Shown here in pieces: positions 1 to 10,532 of a DNA stretch of 64,000 bases. Within the stretch, counting starts at the first letter, position 1, and every line of letters begins with the position of its first letter. Under the pieces are notes generated by a model. That model ran no database searches and was not told the origin of the DNA. It saw nothing but the letters and a program-made list of their open reading frames with translations. Both the position numbers and the translations under genes were made by a program. Source of the stretch: Pelagomonas calceolata (taxonomy: Eukaryota); assembly GCA_918797485.1 (NCBI GenBank), contig CAKKNE010000004.1:2604001-2668000 (forward strand). Reading direction: 5' to 3'.

Positions 1-1662
1 GCCGCGCGCGCGCTGCGCCTCGCGGACGACGACGAGACTGCTGAGAGAGAGGCCGCGCTGGTCGCCGTCTGCGCGTGCGTCGCCATGACGCCGCCCGCGG
101 AGTGGACGAACGCGCGCGAGGTTGCCATGGCGGCCTGGGCCTGCGGCGACGCCTGCGCCAAGGGCCGCGCCGACGAGCAGGCGGTATACGCGCTGCGGAC
201 GCTCTCGAACGCCGCGCCGCGGGGCTTCGCGGCGCGCGAGGCGAGCGACGTGGCCTGGGGCCTCGCTGCGGCGCGCGAGCGGCTGCTGCCGCCCGCGGCG
301 ACGGACAACGCGACGGTCGCCGACGTCGCGGCCTTCCTCGACCGCCTCGCGGACCACGCGCGGTCGGTACCCTACGCGCCGCGCGACGTGGCGACGGCGC
401 TCTGGGCCTGCGCGAAGATCGCCGAGGCGGTCGAGAGCTGTGTGGAAATCAACCAATGAGTTAGGTTATTGTCGCGTCGATGGCCTGGAAACTTCACGCC
501 ATCGAGCAGACGCAGCTACGGAGAAAATATCGCGTCGATGGCGTGGATCGCCCGAAATTTGATGTCCGCACAGGACTGGCGCGCCCAGGCGGCTTCACTA
601 CGAGCCGTCGCCGCGCTGCGCGCCAACGCGGACCGCATCAAGGGCCCGTGGCCGCCGCGCGACGCCGCGCAGGCGGCCGCGGCCGTCGCGAGCGCCGCCG
701 TCGACGCGCCGGAGGTCCTCGACCGCGCGACGGCCGCGGCCGCGCGGGGCTGCGACCGCTGGTCGCTGCGGGACGTGGCCGACGTCCTCTGGGCCTGCGC
801 GAGGCTGGATCGGCCGCCGGCCGCCGACGCCGTCGCGGCGCTCTGCGGGGCGCGTGCCGTCCGGCGGGCGAGCGACGGGGCGCCGCCGAACACGCGCGGG
901 CGCGCCGAGCTCTGCAGCGTCGCCTGGGCGGCCGCGTGCCTGGCCCACGAATCGCCGCAGCACCTGGTCGCGGCCGTCGACACCGTCGCCGCGGCCCACG
1001 GGGCCTTGGCCGCGGACGCCGACGACGACGGCGCGCGCGACGTGGGCAGTTCGACGCTGGGCGACGCGCCGACGCCGCCCGGCGCGCCGATGGCGCGGAC
1101 GCGGCGGCTACGCGCGCTCCACCACGCGCGCCTGGCGCTGGCGGCGGCCGGCGCGTCGGAAGAGCAACTGCAGACAGTCGACGCCGCGACGACCAATGAA
1201 TTGAGGCGGGCTGCCCGCGCGGCCTGGACGAGGCGGCCGTCGGCGCCGTCGTCGCGGCACGAGGCCGTGTCCAAGGTACTCCGGGGCATGAAGGCGCAGC
1301 ACGGCGTCGTGGCGACCGCGCACGACGAGCACGGCGGCCTCGCCGTCGACGTGCTCGTACGATTGCCCGACGGCCGCGCGGTCGCCGTCGAGGTCGACGG
1401 GCCGTCGCACTTCTGCGCCGACGACCCGAAGCGGCCGCTCGGCCACACGCGACTCAAGCGGCGGCTGCTCGAGCACGCGGGCCTCGAGGCCGTGTCGGTG
1501 CCCTACTACGAGTGGGACCGCATCCCGCACTGGTCCTCGATGGAGCGCGAGCGCTACCTGCAGCGGAAGCTGGGCATCACGACGCGGCTCGTCTACGACG
1601 GCGGCGACTCGTCGTCGTTCGCGCCGCTCGAGGGCGAGCGGGGGGCGAGCCGGTTGGCGTAG
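1..1662 (+). CDS. RAP-domain (FASTK/OPR-like) helical-repeat RNA-binding protein, probably 5'-truncated; exons <1-429 and 574-1662
   Basis: The frame is open from base 1. Repeats like 'DVATALWACAK' and 'DVADVLWACAR', and a C-terminal RAP motif 'VAVEVDGPSHF...GHTRLKRRLL...VSVPYYEWD'. Removing introner 430-573 joins the two ORFs in frame. Confidence 0.8.
430..573 (+). mobile_element. Introner-type intron (GT-AG, 144 nt)
   Basis: TIR CTGTGTGGAAATC starts at 438 and GATGTCCGCACAG ends at 573. A GT donor lies exactly 8 bp before the TIR. Internal CGCGTCGATGGC/ACGCCATCGA modules. The TSD is diverged. Confidence 0.8.
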
Positions 1663-1902
1663 TCCTCCTTCCTTTTTTCCTGAGAGAGTAACGTTTGGTT
1701 TGTGTTGATGCAATGAGTGCGTACAACCGCGTGGGAAAAAAACAACACCGCAGCCATCCCCCGCCCTCACCCCTCCCCGCCCAATCCCATCCACTCTTCC
1801 CCTCCTCCCTCCCTTCCTCCGTCGTAACAACCCTATCATAATAATATATATATGACCAGTAGCGAACGGAACGATACTCAAGCGTGGCTGCTAAGCGGAT
1901 TC

Positions 1903-1926
1903 CTAGTGTGTTTAACAGGCCGCTAG
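1903..1926. promoter_or_regulatory. CTAG-N14-CTAG upstream motif (variant)
   Basis: CTAGTGTGTTTAACAGGCCGCTAG, about 60 bp upstream of the WD40 gene ATG. Confidence 0.55.
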
Positions 1927-1988
1927 CTAGCGTAGCACAAGAGCTCCAGAGCATCGCACCGATCACTTTGCGGTGGATGCGATAGAAA

Positions 1989-3461
1989 ATGAGGCGCCTC
2001 TTCGCCCCCCAGGACCGTCTCAGATTGGCCAACGAGGACGCCGTGAATGCTTTAGCGTTTGCGCCGCCGCGGGGCGCCTGGTCCGTCGAGGCGCACGCCC
2101 ACTTCCCGCCGGCGCTGCGCAAGCGCTGCGCGAAATTATTACTCCTAAAACCGGCGCACGTCCCGAACGTCTGCTGGCTGCGCGTTTTGTCCTATGCCCT
2201 AGACGCACGGGAGGCGGAGCCTTTACTAGCCTCGGCGGCGGGCAACGGCGTGCAGCTCTGGCGCGGCGGCGCGCCGGCCGGCCGATTAAGGGGGCACGCG
2301 TCCATCGTGAGGGCGGTGGCGTTCTCGGCACGCGGCGACGCGCTCGCGACCGCTGCGTTAGATGAGACGGTGCGCGTCTGGCGGCGGGTGGATCCCGCAC
2401 GTCGAAGAGCGGAGCGGAAGATTAGATCCGACGTCGTCTCCCCTAGAAGATCAAGAAGCGCCGGCCCGCCCCAGAGGCGCTCTTGTATGCGTTCAACATC
2501 GCCGGCCGTGAGCGACGCGTCGGGCGGCGTGTCCGACGGCGAGCTGCCCTGCCGCTTCCGATCTGGAAGCTTCGGCGAGCAGCAGAAAGGGGCTTGTGTG
2601 GTCTGCGGCGTCCGCGACACGGAGCCGGCCGTGGCCCTGCCCTGCTGCGGCCAGCGCTGCCACCGGAGCTGTTTGGAGCGGTGGTTGGCATTGGCGCCGG
2701 ACGCGCCGCTGCCCTCGAAGCCGCGGGCGCAGCGGTCCGTGGCCTTCGACGACGACGACGCGGAGCCGACGTGGGCGTGCGCGGCGGTGCTGCGGCACGG
2801 CTGCGATGTTTTAAGTGTGGCGCTGTCGGATTCCTTCTGTGTTTCGGGCGCGAGGGACGGGGGCGTGCGGATCTGGGCGCCGCACGACAACGAACGACTG
2901 GTCCACGCGTTGCGGGCTCCCGTTAATAACGAAACGAATGAACAGTGGGGCGCCGTGCGGTGCCTGGCCTTTTCTGGTAGTCGCGAGCGGGTCTGGGCAG
3001 GCTCCGACGACGGCTACGTGCGCCAGTTCGTCGTGAGCACGGGCGAACTTATGCTCAGGTTCCGCGCGCACGCGTCGCGTTTATATGATGTCGCCTTCTC
3101 GCCGGAACTGAACTTATTAGCGTCGTGCGGCCAGGACCAGTTGTTGAAGCTCTGGCGCGGCGACGTCGAGGTCGACGCGGCGCGGCACGACGCCTGGGTC
3201 CACGGCGTGGCCTTCGCGCCCGGCGGGCGTTTGGTGGCGACGGCCGGCGCGGACCTGACCGTGAGCGTGTTTCCGCTTGGTGGCGGGGGTTTCTCGGGAC
3301 AAACCCCGAGCGAGCTCAAGCGCCACGAGGGCGCCGTGACCTGCTTGGCGTTTGCGCCGGCCGAGGCGGGCGGCGGCCTCGCTTCCGGTAGTGTGGACGG
3401 GACCATCGCGCTCTGGCGCCGCGTGCACGAGGACACGGACGCGACGGACTCGGACGCCTAG
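1989..3461 (+). CDS. WD40-repeat protein with an inserted RING-like zinc finger
   Basis: Several GH...W(D/R) repeats (LRGHASIVRAVAFS, RHEGAVTCLAF..LASGSVDGTIALW) and an internal CVVC...PCCGQRCHRSCLERW. Confidence 0.8.
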   Translation: MRRLFAPQDRLRLANEDAVNALAFAPPRGAWSVEAHAHFPPALRKRCAKLLLLKPAHVPNVCWLRVLSYALDAREAEPLLASAAGNGVQLWRGGAPAGRLRGHASIVRAVAFSARGDALATAALDETVRVWRRVDPARRRAERKIRSDVVSPRRSRSAGPPQRRSCMRSTSPAVSDASGGVSDGELPCRFRSGSFGEQQKGACVVCGVRDTEPAVALPCCGQRCHRSCLERWLALAPDAPLPSKPRAQRSVAFDDDDAEPTWACAAVLRHGCDVLSVALSDSFCVSGARDGGVRIWAPHDNERLVHALRAPVNNETNEQWGAVRCLAFSGSRERVWAGSDDGYVRQFVVSTGELMLRFRAHASRLYDVAFSPELNLLASCGQDQLLKLWRGDVEVDAARHDAWVHGVAFAPGGRLVATAGADLTVSVFPLGGGGFSGQTPSELKRHEGAVTCLAFAPAEAGGGLASGSVDGTIALWRRVHEDTDATDSDA

Positions 3462-3704
3462 TTTTCCCATCCCCATCGCCGTATCTACCCCTGTTGTAAC
3501 AACTCATCATGATGAAGATTACCCTCGGGACGTACACGGACGGAGTCCGAGTCCAACTGCACGCCATCGGCGCATCACCGTCCCCCATTGCTGTTGTGCA
3601 TACTAGTAGTCCACTGGCACGCCATCGCTGCGACGCGCGCGACGGATTGAGTCCCCCGCACGCCATCAGTACTATTATAACACTCAAAATTTACCGTGAC
3701 TAGG

Positions 3705-4865
3705 CTACCGTTGCAGCTGGACCAAGCCCGCCTGCTCGAGCTTCCCGATGATGGCCCGGTTCGCGGGATCGCGCATCGCCTCCTGGAAGGCCCGCGGGTC
3801 CGAGCACCGCTGCATGAGCTCCTGCGTCTTCGGGTTCATCAGCAGCTCCCGCAATTCCTCATTTTTCAACACCGCATCAACTTCGTCCTGCTCCTTTTTC
3901 GTTTTGCAGGGCTCGGGGCCCTTGCCATTCGCGCAGTCCTCGGCGATTTGCGAGCAGAGGGGGCCCATCTCCTTTTTCTCTTTTTCCGTCGGTAAAGCTG
4001 GTGTTGAGGGTTTAGGGGCGTCCTCGTCGCCCGCCAGCTTGATCATGTGGCTGCCCATGACCTCGCAGAACTCCGTCAGGAAGCGTTTGAGTTCCGGATC
4101 GCTGTCGAACTTTTTCGCGCCGTTCTTCGGGTCCTTCTGGAGCTCTTGTAACGCCGCCTGCGCGTGTCGTATGTCATCGCGGCGCCATCGACGCGATGCA
4201 GCAAACCCCGATGGCGTAACCGCACGCGAATCGCTCTCACGTAACGCCATCGCCGCGACGCTACACCAGTAGATATATACAGACGCCGCGAAACGCGCCT
4301 GGTACTTGGGATTCGACATGCCCTTGGCCAGGACCGGCCGCTTGGCCATCTCCTTTATCAAATCGGGCGTGACCCACTCGCCGCCCTGGAGCGCGGCGGC
4401 CAACGGGTGTCGATCCTGCGCCATACTCGACGCGATCTCCTCCTTCATGGACTGCATGACCTCGCCCGGCTCCTTCTTTGACGATCGTGTGATCGTGGGC
4501 ATCTCGTCCTCCTTGGGTTTCGGCTTCGGCTTGGCCGGTTGCTTCTTGCTCGACGGTTTCTTGTCGAAAAACCCTTTTTTCAGGCCCTTCTTCATGCCGT
4601 CGCCAAAACTTTTTTTCATGCGCTTTTCTTCCTTGGCCGTCTTGGCGGCGCGTTCCGCTTTATTTTGTAACGCGTCGCCCATCATCAAATCTGCTAAGCT
4701 CGGCTCGACCTCCTCGACTTCTAGATCGTCTTCTGGTGGTGGCGGGGGCGCGTCCACATCTATTACCTTTGGTTGGTCGCTTGTGGAGGGTGCGTCGATC
4801 ACAAGTTTCTTGAGGTGGCTACTGCCCGTCGGCTCGGCCAGCAAGCTCTTGTCCGTGGCTGCCAT
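3705..4865 (-). CDS. STI1/DP-domain co-chaperone-like protein; in-frame intron 4158-4298
   Basis: Two STI1-like motifs (LAKGMSNPKYQAALQELQKDP after splicing; LRELLMNPKTQELMQRCSDPRAFQEAMRDP...IGKLEQAGLV). Probable start MAATDK. Confidence 0.7.
   Translation of the reverse strand: MAATDKSLLAEPTGSSHLKKLVIDAPSTSDQPKVIDVDAPPPPPEDDLEVEEVEPSLADLMMGDALQNKAERAAKTAKEEKRMKKSFGDGMKKGLKKGFFDKKPSSKKQPAKPKPKPKEDEMPTITRSSKKEPGEVMQSMKEEIASSMAQDRHPLAAALQGGEWVTPDLIKEMAKRPVLAKGMSNPKYQARFAASVYIYWCSVAAMALRESDSRAVTPSGFAASRRWRRDDIRHAQAALQELQKDPKNGAKKFDSDPELKRFLTEFCEVMGSHMIKLAGDEDAPKPSTPALPTEKEKKEMGPLCSQIAEDCANGKGPEPCKTKKEQDEVDAVLKNEELRELLMNPKTQELMQRCSDPRAFQEAMRDPANRAIIGKLEQAGLVQLQR
4158..4298 (-). other. GC-AG intron (141 nt) carrying introner-type CGCGTCGATGGCG modules
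   Basis: CAG|GCGCGT donor and CGCAG|GCGGCG acceptor. Removal restores PKYQ-AALQELQ. Confidence 0.7.
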
Positions 4866-5015
4866 CTCCTGGTGTAGCGCTGTGCTTGGCGGATCAGTGC
4901 AATGCGAGAGTATGGACTGCTGTGCTGCGAGTTTTGATCGATCGTTGTCTTGCACAGTTCCTGAGCCTAACCTCCGGATTTATCGTGCTGCCCAATCGAG
5001 CTCGAAAAACCGAGG

Positions 5016-5038
5016 CTAGCGGTCTGTAAAGCCACTAG
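5016..5038. promoter_or_regulatory. CTAG-N14-CTAG upstream motif with two adjacent CCAAT boxes
   Basis: CTAGCGGTCTGTAAAGCCACTAG followed by GCCAATC twice, about 150 bp upstream of the STI1-domain gene. Confidence 0.6.
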
Positions 5039-5941
5039 CAAGGCCAATCAAAGCCAATCGTACGCTTGCCCGGGGTTCTTACATCATTCCTGGCTCGCAA
5101 TCCTCTCCTTGGAAGATTACGTCGATCCGCATATCGACGATGTTTGCTGCATTGCCGGAGTGTGCTGAGCTCGCCAGGCCGCGCTATATCTGCGCCTGCC
5201 TCTGCGTTGAGGCCGTCGCGTCCTCTAGTACGCGGAACGCTACCGGTCTGGTCGCTTCGTCGCGCGGCACCTGAAAGTTTCGCCTTCAAGGCGCCAAGTT
5301 CGCCTCAGGCTCAACCGCGCGGGCGCAGAAATAGAGCGAGATTCTCGTGGCCGCCGAAATAGGGACCGGGGCCCCGAGTTGCATCGCTCCACCTGCGCAC
5401 GCATCCTCTTAGACCCGGGCCGTCGGGCGGCCCGGTGCGCGCCGTAGAGGACTCAAGCACCATTGATCGCCGCGGCCTCCTCGTCCTCTACGTCCTCTAC
5501 CAATTGACTTGGACAATAGCCATGTTCTACGCCTGGCCCGAGGGCTACCGGCTGCCGCCCATCGCGCCGCCGGCGCCGGTGATGATCCAGGTCGCGTCGT
5601 GGGCGAGGCCGCGCGCAGGGCGGTCGAGGAGAAGACGACGTCGGGGCTGATGGGCGCGCGCGTGCCGTCTACTCCTAGAATGCCCGTGCGCCTGAACTCG
5701 TGGTACACGCAGTACACGCGGAGCATGTGACCAGTGTGCTCGTCAGGCAAGCCCAGAAGCGTCGTCCACGTAGCCTCCTCGTCACGTATTTCGCCCGTTG
5801 CTCACGATACGCGCGCAAGTCCGGCAGCGTGAGCGCCGGCACAAGCTGCAAATTTGGCAAAACCCGTCCAAACCGGTGCACCGCACTAGTCCTCAGACAA
5901 AAAAAGAAAGCCAAAAGATAGACGAAAAAAACACAAAACAA

Positions 5942-7888
5942 CTATGTCAAAACCGACCGATCAACCGGCCGCGCCCAGTCCGACGCGATCACCCTAGCTC
6001 GCAACGCCGCGAGCGCGTCCGGCGACTCGTCAGAAGCATAAGCCCCGGAGAGCTCCAACAACAAATCGCAGTAGCCCGCCGGCAGGTGGTGGCCCAGGAG
6101 CGCGTTCGATAGTAATAAACGCTCGTAGTCGCTTGCTGATGAGGCGAACGCGACCGGACCCGTAGCCAGCCGGTCGACGTGCACGACCGCGCCCGGCAAC
6201 AAAAGCGGCTCGCGCACGGACGACTCCGTCTCCGCTAAAGCAGCGGCGATGGCGCGCGAGTTCCCAGTTGAAACGACCGGCGGTGACGGCGCTCTCTCGG
6301 CGACCACAGCCTCGGCGAAGACGTCCAGGTCCGCCGTGAGGCCTGACAAAGGCACCTCCACGTTTTCATTGATGTCGTCTGTATGAGTAACGCTCACGGC
6401 GCCCCGTACCTCTGAGGATGGCGCCGCGCCGAAGAGGAGTTGCTGCAGCCGCCTTCCTAAACCTTGATCGACGAGCTCATCTAACAGACCTTCGACACTC
6501 AACACCGACAGCCGCGCGATGGGGTCGCGGCCGCGCACGGCGCCGAGGCAGAACGCTTTACATGCTTCGGCCAAGTTACGAGAGACGCACGGTCCCGCCG
6601 CCATGCAGTACACACGTGTTTTGGCGAATGTAGGCCACACGCTGTCATCATCAACATGAGCCAAGGCTAATAGGGCCGCCACGGAAGCGCCCATGCTGTG
6701 GCCGCACAATACCAAAGTGTAGTCTGAGTATTTCTCGTGAGCTTGTCGTAGAGCTTCTGCAGAAGCCTTCTCCACAAACGCCGCGCACCGCAGAAACCCC
6801 AAATGCGCCCGGCCATTCCTAAACTTGACCTGCGACGCCGTCACGTCCGCCAGGAGGTCGCGCGTCGCCACCGTGCCCCGGATGCCAATCACGACCCACC
6901 GCCTCGCATGGTCCAGACAAACAAAAAAACTGGGTTTGTAGGCTTTGATGGACCACTTCGTGCAGAGGACGGCATCTTCACTAAGGCCGGCCATGCTCCG
7001 CAGGGCCCGCGTGTTCTCCGCGCCGCAGCAGTCCTCGGCGGGATCGAAATAGGCTACTTTTTTGTAGGTAAACAAGGCGGCACCTTTCGACAGCGAGTCC
7101 ATGTGGCCCTCGGCCATGGCGAAGCCGTAGGCCTGCGTGGACATCAAATTTCACTGCATCTGCTCGATGGCGTGGAGAGTCTACGCCATCGACGCGACGC
7201 TGTCCCCGTAACTGCATCTGCTCGATGGCGTGGAGAGTATACGCCATCGACGCGACTGGTTGATTTCCACACCGCCGCAGGCCGCCCGGCAGTACAAAAA
7301 CGCGTGCGCGAGGTCAATAAGTTGCGCCCGCGCGACGTCCGGATGCGGTTTCGAAACCCATTCTTCATAGAAGCGCTCGTGGCTCTTTCGCACGCGGTAC
7401 CAGGCCGTCGGGTCCATGGGGTAGTCCTGGAGCGGCCTCCTGCCCAGCGTCGCGCGGCAGACGCGCCAGAAGAGCGACGTGCCGTCGTCCTGCGGAGGTT
7501 CCTCGTCTTCGATCGGAGCGGGCCCCGCGTCGACGCAATGCACCCAGACGCGCCTTCGACACCTATCCGTCGAGCGCTTCGCCGCGCGACCGCCCTTGCG
7601 GTGATCATTTAACCGCTCGAACGCCGTGCCGTATAGCCATCCTTCTTGATCCGTCGCGTCGCGCACCTCCACCCTCCAACCGGCGTCGTCCGGCGCGGCG
7701 CAGGGCCGGCCGCTGTCCTCGAACTCGAAGGGGTGCGGGTCGCCGCGGCTCCAGCAGCGGCGCCAGCCCGCGAGTGGGTAGTGGCGCTCGCTCGCGACGA
7801 TGCGGAAGGGCCTCGCTTTGGGCTGCGTGATGCGGGGCTGCATTAATGCGGGGTATCCCTGCTTCTCCGCGGTTGGTGTGTCCTCCAT
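5942..7888 (-). CDS. Class 3 lipase with N-terminal DysF (peroxin/ferlin) domain; exons 7888-7283 and 7132-5942
   Basis: Lipase_3 motifs VVIGIRGT, AHLGF, LVLCGHSMGASVA, DPIARL. N-terminal ERHYPLAGW...DQEGWLYG...DRCRRRVW. Splicing gives YCRA|AYGF. Confidence 0.8.
7133..7282 (-). mobile_element. Introner-type intron (GC-AG, 150 nt)
   Basis: 8-bp TSD GCCTGCGG/GCCTACGG, TIRs CGGTGTGGAAATC...GATGTCCACGCAG, and an internally duplicated module. Confidence 0.9.
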
Positions 7889-8081
7889 CGATGCGCGCCG
7901 CGATGTGGCACACTGCAGTGTGGCTGCAGGTGGCACTCTTTTTGTTATCGCTTGTGCTGACGTATTATTATCAGGAGCGGGCAGAGCCTCGGCAGCGCTC
8001 GACAGCAGCTACTGAAAGCTGCGTAGCCGCGTCAATCGGCCACAGCTGAGCAATGCGCCCACGTCGACGCCCCCTGGATCT

Positions 8082-8103
8082 CTAGTGTGTTACAGGACGC
8101 TAG
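8082..8103. promoter_or_regulatory. CTAG-N14-CTAG motif in a divergent promoter
   Basis: CTAGTGTGTTACAGGACGCTAG between the lipase and CHERP-like starts. Confidence 0.6.
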
Positions 8104-8346
8104 CTGCAATTTTGGCCATATAAAAAAACGCGCTGCGCAAGCTTCTGGAGCGAGCTCATCGTGTACTACACATCTTCAGCACGCGCACGTATCCCTTGGC
8201 TGGTCCGCTTGCGGTACGCAGGCAAATCAAGCCCTGCACCCCAATCACACCCAGCAGCAGCCTCGCCGCGCGCGGGCGGGCGCGAACGCCAGTCGCCGCG
8301 AAGGCGCAAAACGAGCAGAAAAAAAGCGCCAGCCCAGCAGCAAACA

Positions 8347-9411
8347 ATGTCCGGCTTCCGCATGAGCCTCGGCACCGCCGCGCCACCGGCAACGAGCGAC
8401 GACGCCGCGACGTTCCAGAAGCTCTTGGCCGACATGTCCGGCACGAAGGAAAGCATCAAACAAGCCAAGGAGTGGCTCCTCCAGCGACCTGATAAAGCTG
8501 AGACCTTCGCCAAAGCCCTCCAGAAACATGTGATGAACAACCCCGGATTCCAGAAATTACTTTTCGCCGTCTATCTACTAAATGACATCTTCTTCGCGGC
8601 GCGGACGAAGGACGATCCGTTTCGGAGGAGCTTCGCTCCTGTACTATCAGATATCATCCGCGGGGCCTCGAAAAGTGCAAAGGACGATGCGTCCCGAGAG
8701 AAACTAGTCAAAGTGATCGAGCTCTGGGGCGCGAAGAAGGTTTTTAATAGTGAGCAGATTGACGAGCTGAAGGTGGCGGCGAAGAATGAACCACAACCAG
8801 TGGCGACGGTGCAGGACCAGCGCTGCGACCTCTCGACGATTCCCGTGGGCGTCATGGCGGGTCTCGTGAAAGTAGCATTAAATGGCGGCCACGAGCCCTG
8901 GCGGCCGCTGGATCTGACGACGATGCCGACGGCGGCGCCGATGCCCGTCGAGCCCGGGCGGTTGGAAGCTAGGGTCAAGGAGTTTTATAGGTTGTTGGAA
9001 AAGGACAAACTACGACGAGCGGCGCAGCAGAAGCCGCCTTCTTCCCTAAATGAGGAGGAGGAGGACCCGGAGCACCGTGCCCAACAAGATGATAGGAAGC
9101 GACGACGCGCCTACGAGCAGCTCGATTCCGGGTATAGTACGAGAAGGGTCGACGAGGACGCGACGCGGCGCCAGGGCCTGGACGCGGCCATCGGTGCGGA
9201 TAACATGGGCCACCAGATGCTCCAGCAGATGGGCTGGCGCGAGGGCGGCCTCGGCGCGCGCGGCACGGGCATCGCGGAGCCCATCGACGTGCGGCAGCAG
9301 CAGTCGAACCAGGGCGTCGGTGCTGGTCAGCAGCAGCAACAACCCGAGGACGAGTTTTCTCAATATAGGACGCAGCGGTCGTCGCAGTACCGGAGCCGGT
9401 GGGGGACCTAA
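8347..9411 (+). CDS. CHERP-like splicing factor (CID domain + G-patch)
   Basis: N-terminal CID (GTKESIKQAKEW...LFAVYLLNDI...KVIELW), G-patch (DNMGHQMLQQMGWREGGLGARGTGIAEPI) and CHERP-like C-terminus DEFSQYRTQRS. Confidence 0.75.
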   Translation: MSGFRMSLGTAAPPATSDDAATFQKLLADMSGTKESIKQAKEWLLQRPDKAETFAKALQKHVMNNPGFQKLLFAVYLLNDIFFAARTKDDPFRRSFAPVLSDIIRGASKSAKDDASREKLVKVIELWGAKKVFNSEQIDELKVAAKNEPQPVATVQDQRCDLSTIPVGVMAGLVKVALNGGHEPWRPLDLTTMPTAAPMPVEPGRLEARVKEFYRLLEKDKLRRAAQQKPPSSLNEEEEDPEHRAQQDDRKRRRAYEQLDSGYSTRRVDEDATRRQGLDAAIGADNMGHQMLQQMGWREGGLGARGTGIAEPIDVRQQQSNQGVGAGQQQQQPEDEFSQYRTQRSSQYRSRWGT

Positions 9412-9419
9412 GCCTAGTT

Positions 9420-10436
9420 TTATTCATTCCGTCGTTCTCTCCGTAGCTGTGCCTGCTCGATGGCGTGGAGGTCTGGCTTCCGATCGCTCTTCGGCCGCGC
9501 CTCGAGCTCGATGGTCTTGAGCTCTTGGCGGGCGCGTTCGTACGCCCGGCGAAGCTCCTTCGCGTTCGCGCGGCGGGGGGTCCTCGCGGCAACCGTAGTA
9601 GATCCTTCGGGCTCGTACCGGATCGGCACGAAGGGTTTGGGCGCGATCCCGGGCTTGAGGATGGCGCGCCCGCGGTCGAGGACGGCCGCTCGATGGCGTG
9701 CCCGGTGGCGCGTCCAGCAGGCCGTCGCGTTGCGCACGCCGGCGACGAAGCGCTCGACGGCGTCGGGGTCGCGCTTTGCTTCGACGGAGACGAGGTGGGG
9801 CGCGTGATCCAGCAGGGACGCGACCCTTGCGTAATGGCAGCGGTCGCGCTCCGTCGTCACCGACGCGGCCACCGCGTTCTCGGGAAACGTCGACGTCGCG
9901 CAGAGGAGCGGCCTCGCTTCGAGCGCAGTCGCGAAGCGGTCGAGGTATTCCCGCGCCCACGCGTCATTCCTAACCAGGAACACGCCGTACTTCGAGCCCG
10001 CAATCAACGAAAGCGGCTCGGCGAGGCGGTACCCAGCTTGTGGCGAGGACCGACGACAGGCCGTGCGCGTAAACGCCGACCACGCGCCGCAGCTGAGCGC
10101 CGCGTCGCCGTCGAGGAACAGGAGCCACTCTCCTTCTTCTAGCTTCGCGAGCGTATCGCTAACGAACCGCATCTTGCCGCAGCGCGGGTGGCCCGCGGTG
10201 CCGCGGACGTAGCGGACGCCGCTCGCGGCGGCCACCGCCCGATGGTTCGCGGCTGTCGCGTCGATGATCTTTGCGGCGAACAGCGGTGACGCGCCCACTG
10301 CCGGCGCGTCGACCCAGTAGCTCGCGATCGCTGCGATTGAACCGCAAGTTGGACCGGCTTTGACCTTCTCGGCCTGGGAGATAAACCAAGGGGGGCACTT
10401 CGCGTTCGGGACCCACGTAGCGGCCTCAAAAAACCT
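9420..10436 (-). CDS. Putative GT34/MNN10-like glycosyltransferase; start not resolved, possibly a pseudogene
   Basis: EWLLFLDGDAAL (DxD) and GVFLVRNDAWAREYLD. The frame is open to about 10436 with no ATG and lies about 100 bp from the tandem array. Confidence 0.5.
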   Translation of the reverse strand, partial: RFFEAATWVPNAKCPPWFISQAEKVKAGPTCGSIAAIASYWVDAPAVGASPLFAAKIIDATAANHRAVAAASGVRYVRGTAGHPRCGKMRFVSDTLAKLEEGEWLLFLDGDAALSCGAWSAFTRTACRRSSPQAGYRLAEPLSLIAGSKYGVFLVRNDAWAREYLDRFATALEARPLLCATSTFPENAVAASVTTERDRCHYARVASLLDHAPHLVSVEAKRDPDAVERFVAGVRNATACWTRHRARHRAAVLDRGRAILKPGIAPKPFVPIRYEPEGSTTVAARTPRRANAKELRRAYERARQELKTIELEARPKSDRKPDLHAIEQAQLRRERRNE

Positions 10437-10532
10437 TCAAAAGGCGTCGGGGAGATGCCCCGGAGTCTTCAAGTGCGCGGTGGGATTTTTGCCGGCTTTG
10501 CTCGGGTTTTTTTTGTGACGGGTTTTCCCCCG

